Source of the DNA: Fistulifera solaris
Lineage: Eukaryota
Direction: 5' to 3'
Assembly (NCBI GenBank): GCA_030295235.1
Contig: AP026145.1
Span: 930,001 to 962,882, forward strand
DNA length: 32,882 nucleotides
Positions within the stretch are counted from its first letter, which is position 1; every line of letters starts with the position of its first letter. Shown piece after piece: positions 20,607 through 32,384 of this stretch. The translations under genes and the position numbers were made by a program. Below the pieces are notes generated by a model, which was not told the DNA's origin, did no database searches, and saw nothing but the letters and a program-made list of their open reading frames with translations.

Positions 20607-23539
20607 TTACTTGGGACGGCACTGACCGTTGGTGCAAACATCGCGCGTCGTATCACAGCACGGCATCGTGCTGCTGCAAGCATTCCACTGAGGAGCACAC
20701 GAGGGCTGGCACTGTCCGTTCTTGCAAGCGAAGCGACTACTATTGCAGCAACCAGCACCCGTCGAGCAAGGTTGCCAGTCATTAGCGCACGAAGTAATCG
20801 TCGGCTTGCACTGACCTCCCTGGCAACTGTAATTCTTCGAGCAGCAACCCTTCGTGCTACTGCACGAGTTCAATCGAAAGCACAGTTCGGCTGACAGGTT
20901 CCATTCGTACACGCGTAACCGCTGTTGCAGCAACCAAGAGTCGAAGTGCAGGGCTGCCAGTCATTTCCGCACGTGGGTTTCGGTTTGCAAGTTCCACTTT
21001 GACACGTGTACGAAGTATCACAGCAACCGAGTTCGGAAGTGCACTGCTGCCAGTTTCCTCCGCACGTTGGCTTGGGCTTGCAAATACCTCCTTGGCAGGT
21101 GTGAGTGCTATCGCAGCACGGTTGATCGGCACTGCATTGACCCCAGTTGCTGGCGCAAGCGGCCTGGCACTGAGAAGTGGCGAATCCCCTGACTGTCGGT
21201 GAACGAAACACATTTCAACGGCTTGGGACCATCCTGGCAACAGCCAACATACGCACAGCTCTGCCATTCGTTGACACACTTGGGAAGTTTGCGACATGAA
21301 CTGCGTCCGTATTCAGTGACACACGTCAAACCATCACAGCATTTGAAATCGGCACTGCAAACTTGCCATTCGTGGGCTTGGCACGTAGGAACGTTACGGC
21401 ACGTCTTGCGTTGCGAGTGGACATCGGTGATGCACTTGAGACCGTTGCAACAATCCACGCCGAGACTGCAATCTTGCCATTCGGGCATGCACGTGGGAAG
21501 GTTACGGCACTGCGCTGTTCCATCGGGAAGATCGACGCACTTCAAGCCGTTGCAGCAACCGACATCCTTGCACGAACGCCATTCGGGCATGCAAGTGGGC
21601 AAATCCATACACGTCTTGGGACCCCAAGGCTGTTGCACGCATTTGAGATTACCGCAGCAAGGAGTAAGCGTACCACAATTGGCCCATTCACCGACGCATT
21701 GTTGTTCATTTATGACACATTCCTTGGCGAAACCATTTACTTGAGCACATTTGAGACCGTTGCAGCAGCTAGAGACATCGCATTCACCGCCCTTTCCGTT
21801 ACATGTAGTCGCCACGGCTTTGCGACTCGCGACCGTACTCGCTGCAGCTTCCACTCCCATCAAACGAGCATCAATGATGCACATGATTTCATTTTGCAAA
21901 GCTCAATCACTTTCGGGTCCACGTCTCGAAGATATTCTTCAACGGTACTGCCGTGCGGCAAGTTGCAATGCATGATATCTTCAAACCAGTCCAAACCGAG
22001 CTCCTTGTGCGCAAAGAGAGAGTCGGCCTGTTCGCGAATGCACCAATGGGTCGTACAGTAATCGTATCCAGCCCATCGCAATCGGTCCGTCAACGACGCC
22101 GGAACCGGCAACAATTCACCATCGCGTGTCTTCCAATCGTTTGAGGTGTCGCCATCTGCCGAACCGAACATACCGGTGGTCTTGTCGACATCCGGAACGT
22201 GCGTGCAAACTTCAAAATAGCAACCATTGGCGTACGCGACGTTGGCGGTGACTTTGAACTGCGATGCGGTGTACAGAATTTCGACAGTTTTACGCGTCCA
22301 CGTAACCTTGACCTTGGGAGAACCGGAACCATCGTTCAAATCGCGCTGGACTCCATCGACATAGAACAAAACTTTGCAGTTCTCTTGTCCGATGGTGTTA
22401 GGCGCAAACGAATCCGGAAAGATGGGAAAGGAAAGCTCGACCTTGGGCGTATCACCTTCATCTTGAGTGACAAAACCCTTAACGACGGCCCATGCCCTAT
22501 ATAGAAGGAAGGTTTAGCATGGAGTGTTAGATGACTATAGTTTGAATGACAAGCATTTGACGCCTTTCGACTTACCAACCAGGGCTGAAAATATCGGCAA
22601 AGAATGCGAAGCGACCTTGGACTTCGCGCTGCGTGATGGTCGATTTCATCAAAGTGAACTCTCCTTCGGCTCTGATGGATGATAAGACAATTTGAGGTCA
22701 AACATAGGCAAAAAGTTGCTCAATTGCGCCCACAAAAAGATCCACTTACTGGCAATCATAAGCTAACGGTGGGTTGAAAGTTACAAGTTTTGTGTGAGGA
22801 AAGTTGGTGTTGTGAGATAATGAGAGATATCGCGAACAAATTACAAAGCAAAACCAAAGCAAAACAGCACATTCAGCAACCAAACCCAAACCAGGGGCGA
22901 TTTTTTCTTACCAAGACCATCGAAACTGGAAAGTGGGGTGGTGTGAGATAATGAGAGACAGGGATATCCGCACGGAACACCAAAATTTTCGTACCTATAA
23001 ATGTGTGGGTCACCGACCGCACAAGCCGTCTTCGTTTTGACTGCTGCTCCAGGAATAGCTGTAGTCTTCAAGTTTGGTCCAGTGGGTGGCAAGGTCGGAG
23101 CCGGCGTTGGAATTTTAACCGGAGCGACAGGAGCCGCAACGGGAGCGGCCACAGGAGTCGGCAAAGGAGCTGGCACAGGGACCGGAACAGGAGCCACAAA
23201 AGGAGCACTTGTTGAGATGAGGTCAGCACCCGTCAGATTGGTCTCGAGGGTGCGAACTTGACATTCGCTCGCCCCGCCTTCTGTAACGGCACAGACGAGA
23301 TCTCCACAACAAGGCATTGAATTACTGCAATCGTACCATTCAGCAAGGCACGCCGGAGGAGTTCGACAACGCTTGAAGAAGTTGTAGCCGAAGCAACCAA
23401 GGCCATCGCAGCAGCCCTCTGGGTTGTGCGTGCATCCTTCATTCTCGGCGATACAAGTGCTTTCCGCGCATTCTTCCGCAGCCGTAAAGGACACAACAAC
23501 TGCTAACAACAGCAAGTACAAAGATCTTTCGATCTGCAT
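20607..23539 (-). CDS. Secreted GDPH/VWD-domain protein with 2 N-terminal and 12 C-terminal knottin-like repeats (exons 23539-22995, 22925-22912, 22762-22750, 22671-22576, 22496-20607); frameshifts ~21895, ~21187, ~20871
   Basis: Splicing four GT-AG introns gives GDPHIYSFDGLAYDCQAEGEFTLMKS (VWD start) and, later in the domain, TTGMFGSADGD. The repeats follow C-x6-C-x4/5-CC-xn-C-xn-C with a conserved Trp. Confidence 0.85.
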
Positions 23540-24449
23540 GATACGATTGTGTTTCTTTTGTTTGTATTTTCTCTCTTTCGTCGAGGAATGAGAGAGAAGT
23601 GATTTGTCGAACGAAAAAAAGAGACGAAAAGTTTTGCGTTTTTGTTTGCCGCAAAGTCTTGCTCCGAGACTTCCCCACTGTTCAACATAAAGTGTACTTC
23701 TGAATGTCATTGTGTGAGTCAGTTGCAGTAGTGAAAACGGTGAAATTTTTCGAAACGTTAACCTTAAGGGTCATTATTTTCCGTGCTAAACAGTAAGGTA
23801 CACTACAAATACCCAGCAAGATTCCCAACAACAACAGTTTAATATAAACTATGAATTAAATTGTAGTGGTCACAAGTCACAGACACGATAACCGATAAGA
23901 TCTATGTAGTAGGTACTGTACTGACACACTAACACTTGACAAGACAACGACCAACGACATTCTCTGTTAAGTATTTACTGTTTTTTGTTTCTTGTAGATC
24001 GTGAATGACATTTTCTCATAACTCATAACACTCATAAACCACTACGACCAGAACGATAAGAAGTAAACAATGACCCAATATTTTTTCTCGCATCGCATCT
24101 CGCATGTTCGCATTTGACCGTCTGACCCCTGCCCCAAGAGAAAGCATGCCCCCTGCGCTCCAACCTCTAACTTACTTTCGGTTCCAACAAAACAGCAAGG
24201 GTGTCCTTCGTTGCTGCTAAAAGTGTTCATTCGTTTGAAGTGTGACAAAGATGCAGAGCACCACGCGCTGGCTAACCACACAATCTACTAGGGGGAGGCT
24301 CACCACCTCACCACCCTTCCCGAAAAAAGCGGTTTTTGTACAAGACGAAGAATGAATGATATGCTTGCCGTGGTATTGCCGTTTGCAGCAGATGAAAGCA
24401 AACGAAGGACGAATCTTTTTCAATCTTCTGCGAGAGTCGTATGTGCATG

Positions 24450-25270
24450 ATTCTTCGTAAATATTCAGACAACCCGATTTTATACAGAATTGCTGACGGT
24501 GCCCGGTTGTGTTACTCTCGAAAATGCCGTCAATTTGCAAGTTCCTCGTTGCATCAAATTGATGATTTTCGGATCGGTTCATTTGTGTTCGGCAACTCGC
24601 GATGTTGGACCGAACTGTGAAGATATCGGATGGAAGGTTTCGTCGGAAAAGCATCCTACCACGGCGAATTGGCCGGTTGATCATGATTTTTGTGTCCACG
24701 AATTCGTTGTGCAAGACTACTTGTGGATGATTGGAAATTTTGGCGGAGCCAGTGTCATGACAACCGATGAATAAAGTCAAGCAGCAGCTGCAGAACACAT
24801 TATTGCAGGTGGGGAAGCCGTAACTCCTTCGGATGTTCCGGCGGCGGACAGGATTCTTCCATAATGGAACCACTTTGCAACACGGGCTCGTTGGATCACG
24901 CATCATTCGAAGTGGAGTACAGTTGCCACCGTTGTTTCTAGTTCCTAACAGTAGCTCAGAAGAAGCGAGTTCCTCTTCGGTCTTTCCAAACATTCGGTCG
25001 ATTGCGGGTGTCAATTTGTCGACCAGTACGGGACGTCCGCTCTTTCACTTGCAGAATGCTGATACTTCGGCCGTTAATATTAAAGCAATCGGCAATCACA
25101 TTGTTCTGAGTGTGTCGGAAGCTTCTTTGCCGAACGCGAAAGTGACGCGAGACCGTTGGGCGGACAAGAACTGGGACTATCCAGTTTCTTTGCCGTTAAA
25201 GCGTTCGAAATCAAAATGCCTTCGGTTTTATCGTCTTTTCAGCGCGCTATTCACAAGCCGGTGTATTTAA
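24450..25270 (+). CDS. Possible hypothetical gene, fragmented; boundaries unresolved
   Basis: Consecutive plus-strand ORFs 24490..24774 and 24833..25270 in GC-richer sequence converging on DPY-30. No recognisable motif. Confidence 0.3.
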
Positions 25271-25412
25271 CTATCGCTGTCAACTGGGCCGTGATGGGAT
25301 TTTACCGTTCGCAAATGAAATAAATGGTACACAAAAACTCGCTTTTAAGATTTGTTGAAAGTAATCATCCGGTATAAATGTCAAAATTAATAATGTCGTA
25401 TCCGCTTCAGCA

Positions 25413-25802
25413 TTATTTTTGCGACGATTGGGCAGCTTGAGCAGCTGCGGCAATGCGTTGCGGATCATGCTTCAACAAATAGTTGGCAAGATATTCGATC
25501 GGATTCGCCGGGCGCTCTTTCACCAATTCCGACATTCCTTTTTATTGAATAATTTATTAAGGAAAGGCACTCAGTCAATAAGAACAGTGATTGATGAGGC
25601 AATCATATCTGAAAAGTAACATACCATCAAGCAACAGCGGAACGACCGTTTGATCCAAATAAGCACGAATGGGCAAGCGCTGCATATCGTTTCCTTGTTG
25701 AGCCTGGTGTTGTTGCTGTTGTTGCTGCTGCTGCAACATCATTTGCTGGAAATGTTGCTGCTGTTGTTGCATCATCATTTGCTGAGGATTGGAGGCGTCC
25801 AT
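25413..25802 (-). CDS. DPY30: DPY-30 (COMPASS subunit) homolog, 100 aa, Q-rich N-terminus (exons 25802-25625, 25537-25413)
   Basis: The spliced product contains [40 protein letters not shown]. Intron GTATG...AAG at 25624-25538. Confidence 0.93.
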
Positions 25803-26415
25803 GGTAGATAAAAGATTCGGTAAAAGATACGTAGTAAGAAAAGAAGAGCGCTCTTGTGTGCTATTTCGACGCAGACAGCGTTATGCTGCGATTATCAGGG
25901 AGTATCAGAGAAGCAGATTGGGGGAAAGTGCTGAAAAGACGACACGCAACGATGGAGCTTTCCTTACAACATGAAGTAGCAATAGCAAATGAATTGTTTC
26001 AATGATCAACAGCGCGAAAGAACGCGATGAAGACAATAATGAAGACCAAATAATGAAGACAAAACTCGAACGTACGGAGTACGGACGCAAGTAACGGATG
26101 GTTAACGCTCATCGCGCGCCTCCGCCTCCGCCTCCGCCCCTCCTCCTCCTCCTCCTTATTGCTCCTTGCGGTTGCGGCGCAACACGAAAAAAAGAAGACG
26201 AAGCAGCGCTTGTAAGCTTGTTGCCGTGCAAAATGATTGCATTCATCGCAAAAGAAACCGAAACCAGGGTAGTGATGCTTTCTGAAACGAGCGAAGAATA
26301 GGTACGATGTTAAGCGAAGCATACATCGCTGGGACTTCTGACTACATTTGTTTCGTGCTGCACTGATTTATTTGTCAACCGTCAGCTATCGACGAATGGA
26401 TCATCGCCTGCTCCC

Positions 26416-26658
26416 CAAGGAAATAACACAGGAGCCGACTCTACGTAGAAATTTCCTGTAGAAATGTCAAATCATTTCCTCCGAGTATTACCGTCCGCCG
26501 TCCGTCGTTGTGGTACATTTCTACACAACCTACGTAAATATATCTACTTTTAGTACCTCAAAACATTTAGAGCAAAAGCGATTAGGACGGTAATCCTCCG
26601 AGGAAATGATTTTATTTTGGTCCAGTACTATGGTGTCAGCTCCTGGGTTATTTCCTTG
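26416..26658. mobile_element. 243-bp non-autonomous DNA transposon (MITE), hAT-like
   Basis: TIRs CAAGGAAATAACACAGGAGCCGAC / GTCAGCTCCTGGGTTATTTCCTTG, plus a second internal inverted pair (~26469-26496 vs ~26585-26612). Perfect 8-bp TSD CTGCTCCC at 26408-26415 and 26659-26666. Confidence 0.9.
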
Positions 26659-26783
26659 CTGCTCCCTGCTTTCTCGAATGCTTAGGTGTCTCACCTCATA
26701 ACGTTGCTCCGAATGATCCGCTTTCCTTTCTTACAAATCCGCGCTTTAACAGGATGTTGATTTGCTGATCGCGACGGAAGTTT

Positions 26784-27112
26784 TGTCAATGTTGCGTCGC
26801 CAAATCAAGAACTCTCTTTTTCGTCTTTACCTTCCAGATGAATTAGGTCTAATGAGCGTGACAGATAGTTGGATCACTCCGCGCCTCCTTTTTGAGTCAG
26901 CGGTCATTTGGTTTTCCGCAAGACAACGCTGTGACACAAACAGTATGTCTAACACGGATTGTGGATTTTGATTCGGGGAGTATCGCGGTTTCACGGCATT
27001 AGATAAGCGAGCTTTCTAATCATAATTTTGATCTGTCTTTGCCTTGTTATTCGTTTATTCGTTTACCGCCTTGTGTTTCTCCCCTTTTGAGTTGGAGGAG
27101 CACTTGTTGACA
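26784..27112 (+). repeat. Candidate 5' LTR of the copia element
   Basis: TGTCAA...TTGACA inverted termini, about 260 bp upstream of the gag-like ATG. There is no second copy in the window to confirm it. Confidence 0.45.
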
Positions 27113-30100
27113 GATTGTAAAACACTATACCCTCCTGGATAGTGTGCTGAAGCGTAGGGTCGCGCCTACTTTTTCCTCCGTTCGATTGTTGTCGTCTCTC
27201 CCGTCCGGTCGAGGGGTGACTAACGATTCACGACAGAGGTGCAATTCCTTCGAGTAATTGTCAGATTAACAGTGCATAGCGATTCTCTCGTTGAAGCTTG
27301 TCTGTCCATACAAGTTACTCTCGTCTGTTTGAGTGATTCATTCTTCCTTCTTTCGTCGTTACCGCAGCATGGGTAAAGGCAAGAAAGCGTGGCAAGGCAG
27401 CAAGGCGCCCGTCTACCACCTCGGTAACACTCCTGACCAGGTTGATGAGACCAAGACTCAGAGCGTTGATGCCGATGGACGTTCTCTTGATCCGGATCCT
27501 GACAAGAAGGAAGAAAAACAAGTCGGACGACAAAGAAGAATCGAAAGAGGAACATGTTGAAGTGAAAGTCGAAGACACAGGACAAAGTGTCAAAGAAGAG
27601 AAACCCAAGGGATTAACTCCCTTTCAACACATCATGTTCAATGTGTTCGAATTGTATGAGGATGACCCTCTACACAAGGCTTTAGTGCACAACGGGATGG
27701 CTACTTGCGTACATTTGAAGTTCGACAACGATCCGCGGTACTTCAGCGTCGATTAGCTACCGCGAAATGGGAAATACTATTACACCAATCCCTGGAGCTA
27801 TTATATCTTTTACGAGGTTCTACCGGTTCATTAAGTCACTTCTTCCCCGCGAATTCTGTGACGAGACAGCTTTCTTTGGTTTGACTTGTGACATGTGGGA
27901 AGAGTTTGATATAAAATCCACGGCCGAATGGAATGCTCCTGTTGAGCCGACTCCTGAAGGGTATCGCACTCCGCCTACGCATGGAATTGCCGATCAAGAC
28001 CGCTCTGGCTCCGGCGAAGGCACAAATCTTCCAGAAGACTAAAGCGTAACGAAACTGCCTTCATGGTTCTAAAACATCAGAACCAGTGGTTGGATTGGTA
28101 TGATTCCACGCGCCGTCATGCGAACAATCAAGATTGCAGCGCCGTTTTGGATCCAGACTACGTGCGGACACTGATGAAGGCGAGGAGCTGTTCAAATATC
28201 AAAAGCGGTACATGCTGGCAGTGTTTGACACCATCCTCAAGACCGAGAAGAGTCGTCAAATCTTGAATGCCCATAACGATGATCAGGACGCTCAAGCCGT
28301 TTTTCGCGAAGTGGTGGAGTACTACCGCGAACTTCGGCGAACTTCGGAGTTAACGGCACAGGATCTGCTCTCGAAGTTGATGCAAGCTCGTATGCTCCGC
28401 GGACGGTAAAGGTATCCGATATGAGACTGACCTCCTCAAGTTTCACGAGAAGCTACGCTATTCACGATTTGTTGGTACCTCCGTCTGAGCGACTCTCTGA
28501 TGCATTGAAGAAATCACTTGTCATCAACTTGATCAAGGGAATTCCGTGCTTGATGAGCGTCCGCAGTGAAAGCCAATATCATGGGTGTTGGAACTGGATG
28601 CGAGTTTGACTTTCGACAAGTACATGGAAGGATTGAATCTCGCTGCACTTTCGATCATGACGATTTGTATCGAGGAACTGGAAGCTCCAAGGCAAACAAG
28701 CTAATGGTGTATAACCATGTGCTCTTTGGCGGCGTAGAGTGCAGCGGTGGTGGATTGTCGTCTCAAGATGACTTGTATGAAGCATACATGGCTTCCGGTC
28801 AAAGTGGATACTTTCCCAAGCTCACTTTCGTGAGCAATGGTCAAAACTTTCGCCCGAGGATCAAAGCGTTTGGGATCAGCTTCCCGATGCAGGCAAGTCT
28901 ACTATCATGCATTAGATGAACATGGCGTCGAAACCTCTGCCTCCGAAGCGAAGCAAAAAGTACCCAGGCACACTCCGCAAGGTCAACTTCAACGATCACG
29001 GATCTCAGCTCGGTTTCACTCGGAGGCGTGTTGAATGCTTATGTCCATGGTCGTGGCGACTCCTACGAGGAAGACGAGGAAGAAGAATCGCCACCGATCG
29101 AAGTCAATCAAGCCAACACCGGTACTGGACACGGCAAGAATGAAAAGTATCCGACTCATCCGGCCTCTTTTCATCAAGCGGCTCGAGAAAAGCGTTACCC
29201 GAAGAGTGGGGAGAACAGTACAGCGAAACGTGGTGTCCATTTCAGTCGTCTTGAAGCGAATGCTGCACACACTTATTCTGTCAGCAACCATCTTCTGGGA
29301 GACTCCAAGAAATCTTTGATCGATCGTGGAGCCAACGGTGGCGTTGCAGGTGAGGACATCGCGACTGATTAGGTACAGTTCCTGACCGGTTTGTCGACAT
29401 TCAAGGCATCGATAACCATCAGTTGCCAAAAGTTTTGATTGCAACCGTGTGCGGTGTCATTGAAGACACAAGTTGGAGAGCAGATTGCTATTTTCAATCA
29501 GTACGCCTACGGGCCGTGGAGTCAGTATCCATTCCTCAGGCCAATTGGAGCATTATGGCCACAAAGTTGACGACCGGCTCCGTCAAAGTTGGGGGTACCC
29601 AGCGCATTCTAAGGCATGGGGGTACATTATGCCACTCGTCATGGTCCGAGGTCTATGCCGATTGGAAATCCGACCTTTCAGTGACAAAGAATGGCGTGAT
29701 TTGCCACATATCTTCATGACGAATGATGAGGAATGGGATCCGAGTGTTCTTGACCACAAAATGGAAGAGAAGCGAGTGGATTGGTCCGCCACCTCCGGCA
29801 CTGGAAGACACGTCGAACCAGAATATCTTTGGCAATTTGGTGAATACCGTGAGTACATTGATGCTTACATCACGGATGGTGTTATTGCCAACGCTATTGC
29901 GCGAGTTGTTGCCAATGTCATCATGTCTGTGCCGCCATTCGACCCAGGAGAAGACCACGATTGCATGGACCCAGTCCAAGACATCGTGGACAAGTTGACT
30001 ATTGCCGATCTTGAGACAAACCCTTCTGTGCCAACAGAAGCCGCAGTTCAATCGATTGATCCGCCAACCCGGTACCTCGCAGTTGACTCTTCCGGAGAAA

Positions 30101-31110
30101 GAGACTATCGACACCGGCGATCCTCCCCCTGATTGCCGACGATTCCCCCAAGCATGTTGTTGCTTAGCAGCCTGATGTAAAGCGCAAACCGGTTGACATG
30201 GAGCGCGTCCGCCCGATGCTAGCCTACCTCGGTTTTGATATCATCAAGGAGACTTTTGCACGAACCACTCAGTTTGCCCGCGAGTACAACTCGCCGGTGC
30301 TTCAGAAGATGTTCAAGTCGCCACATCCAGCATTGAATGTGGCCGCGTCGCAAGAAACCATCGCCACCGATACGATTTACTCCAACACCAAAGCTCACCG
30401 GCAGCGGTGTCAAGCATGCCAGTTGTTTGTTGGCGTCGATTAGATGCGTCATTGACATCTATCCCCTCAAGAACCAGGCGCGGTTTGCATCGGTCCTATC
30501 GGGATGTCATTCAGCGGCGTGGAGCCCGACTCGGTTGCTCAGCGACCAAGCCAAGGCCAAGATTGCTGACTGCGTCAAGGATATCCTTGCACTCTCTTTA
30601 TTGGAGACTGGCAAAGCGAAGGCGGATACCAGCATTAGAATTTTGCAGAACGCCGTATTCCAAGATGTCAAGCGAATTTGTGACATTGTCATGGATGCGT
30701 TCTGAATTAAGCCCGGCGATCTTTGGTTGGAGTGCCTTCTTTATGTGGCCGATATCCTGAACCATACTTACAATCGGACCTTGAAACCATTTTCTCGACT
30801 GCGACACACCCCATATCAGTCCCTTTATTCGTTTTCGGTTCTCACGAGAAGGTGTATTATCGCGTCGAGCACCACTCCTTTCCGTCCGATTCACGTGAAG
30901 CCATGGGCTACTTTGTTGGTGTATCTAAGAATGTCGGTCAAGCCATGACATTCAAGATTCTTACCATGGGGACTACGTCATTATCATCCATCGTTCCGCT
31001 GTTCATTCTGCTTTGATGACTGACAATCCGAATCGTCGTGTCGAACTTCCTGGGGAGACAAATGCTGATCGCCTCACCGATACGGTTGATGGGGAGATGG
31101 CACCCCTCCT
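26784..31110 (+). mobile_element. Degenerate, 3'-truncated Ty1/copia (CoDi-like) LTR retrotransposon: gag, protease and integrase remnants
   Basis: gag-like fragments from ATG 27369; protease SLIDRGANGGVAGED (~29312-29357); WDPSVLD; integrase-region ATDTIYS, QLFVG and GYFVGVSKNVGQAMTFKILT. Many frameshifts. No RT/RNase H or 3' LTR seen. Confidence 0.88.
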
Positions 31111-31568
31111 ACTCGCAACCTTGTGTTGAACTTCGGCTTAGAAGAGTAAATGTCAAATGAAGTAAATAGCGCCTCTGATGTCATGGTTGATTGTTGTCGT
31201 TTTGAAAAAAAGAATTCCAAAAGCGGACACAACTGGCGCATGTCATAAAACACCCTACAACATGAAATAATTATGAAACTGCGAAAATCAGTAAATCATA
31301 CGGGTCTAGCTACCTTAATTGCTATAGTAATTTTTCAGCTCGTAAAAAGAACAAAAATTGAGAAAAGGTGCACACATGGTGGACTGACTATAGAGCCCAA
31401 CATCCTTCTTAGACCCAAGTGTGAAAGTCATTTGGGAATAGGTACTTTTGTTGCTAGAGTTAGCCCGTCTTTTTGGATTGCGAATACAATCACGACTACA
31501 AAGTGTGAACTATTACAAAGCGCCCGTTGCTGGCTTTAACACGACAAACCGCGGAAACTAAACTGCAA

Positions 31569-32324
31569 CTACGATCACAAAATCTGTGTTTGAGTTTCAC
31601 ATGCCAGGTCATTTGATGGTGGCAATCATCATTTCTTGCTCACAATTTGTTCAAGAATGAATTGCTTGCTTGCGTTTCCTGAATCTTTTTCAAAAAATCA
31701 AACAGCCTCCCAACCATTTCTACAATGGACTACAACAAGAACTCCAACAGCGAACCCTTTGATCCTTCTCTCTCAGAGGGACTTGAGGATTTGGGCCGAT
31801 AGTTTGGCGTAAAAGAATGCGATGGCGGTGATTTTAGCACTGCTGAGAGTCCTGCACCCGAAGGATGGTGGAGCTGGTGGCGGAAGCATCAAGAGTCCAG
31901 CAACGAGTGATGGTGATTTTGGAGGTAGCAGCATCAAAAGTCCAATGCTTTTCAAAACCGGTGACGGCGGAGGCGGTGAAGGAAGCAGTTTCAAGAGTCC
32001 ACGTCAAGTGATAACCGGTTTTAGTCCGGAAAAAGGTCAAATTGCCAATGTCATTCTCCTCTTCTCTTTTCTCTTTCAATCAATTGCTAAAACAATTTCT
32101 AAAAATTGCTGTTGCAACATGAGTTTGGCAAGCGCATTCTTCTGGAATGGAGGTATCAAGACCATCTCTCTCTTCCCTAAACAAAGATGGCAACTAAAAG
32201 CGAATCAAACAGCTCAAAAGATGGCAACTTGATCTGCAGCCAAAACAAATCAAACAGCGCCAAGTCCAAAGAGGAGAAGCAAGAGGAAGTTTGCAGAGGT
32301 TACTCAAGAATTAGATAAAGTCAT
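31569..32324 (-). pseudogene. Decayed 252-codon reading frame interrupted by 12 TGA codons and no TAA/TAG
   Basis: Manual translation from ATG 32324 to TAG 31571-31569. Several stops fall in Arg-like contexts (ID*KRKEKRR, SL*ERRIK, KK**L). Confidence 0.65.
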
Positions 32325-32384
32325 ACCACCTGGTGAGCGTGCATATGCTTACCCGACTTCATAGGGCTAAAAATCCTCGAACAA

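Noticed and set aside
24217..25014. 265-aa minus-strand ORF
   Set aside because: Non-ATG start, atypical composition and no motifs. It may be antisense to the fragmented plus-strand frames.
26098..26301. ORF with PPPPPPP-LLLLLL tract
   Set aside because: Explained by a CCT/CCG microsatellite, with no other coding evidence.
31569..32324. Selenoprotein, or TGA=Trp organellar insertion
   Set aside because: The TGA contexts fit Arg rather than Sec/Cys or Trp, no SECIS was identified, and neighbouring genes use TGA as a normal stop.
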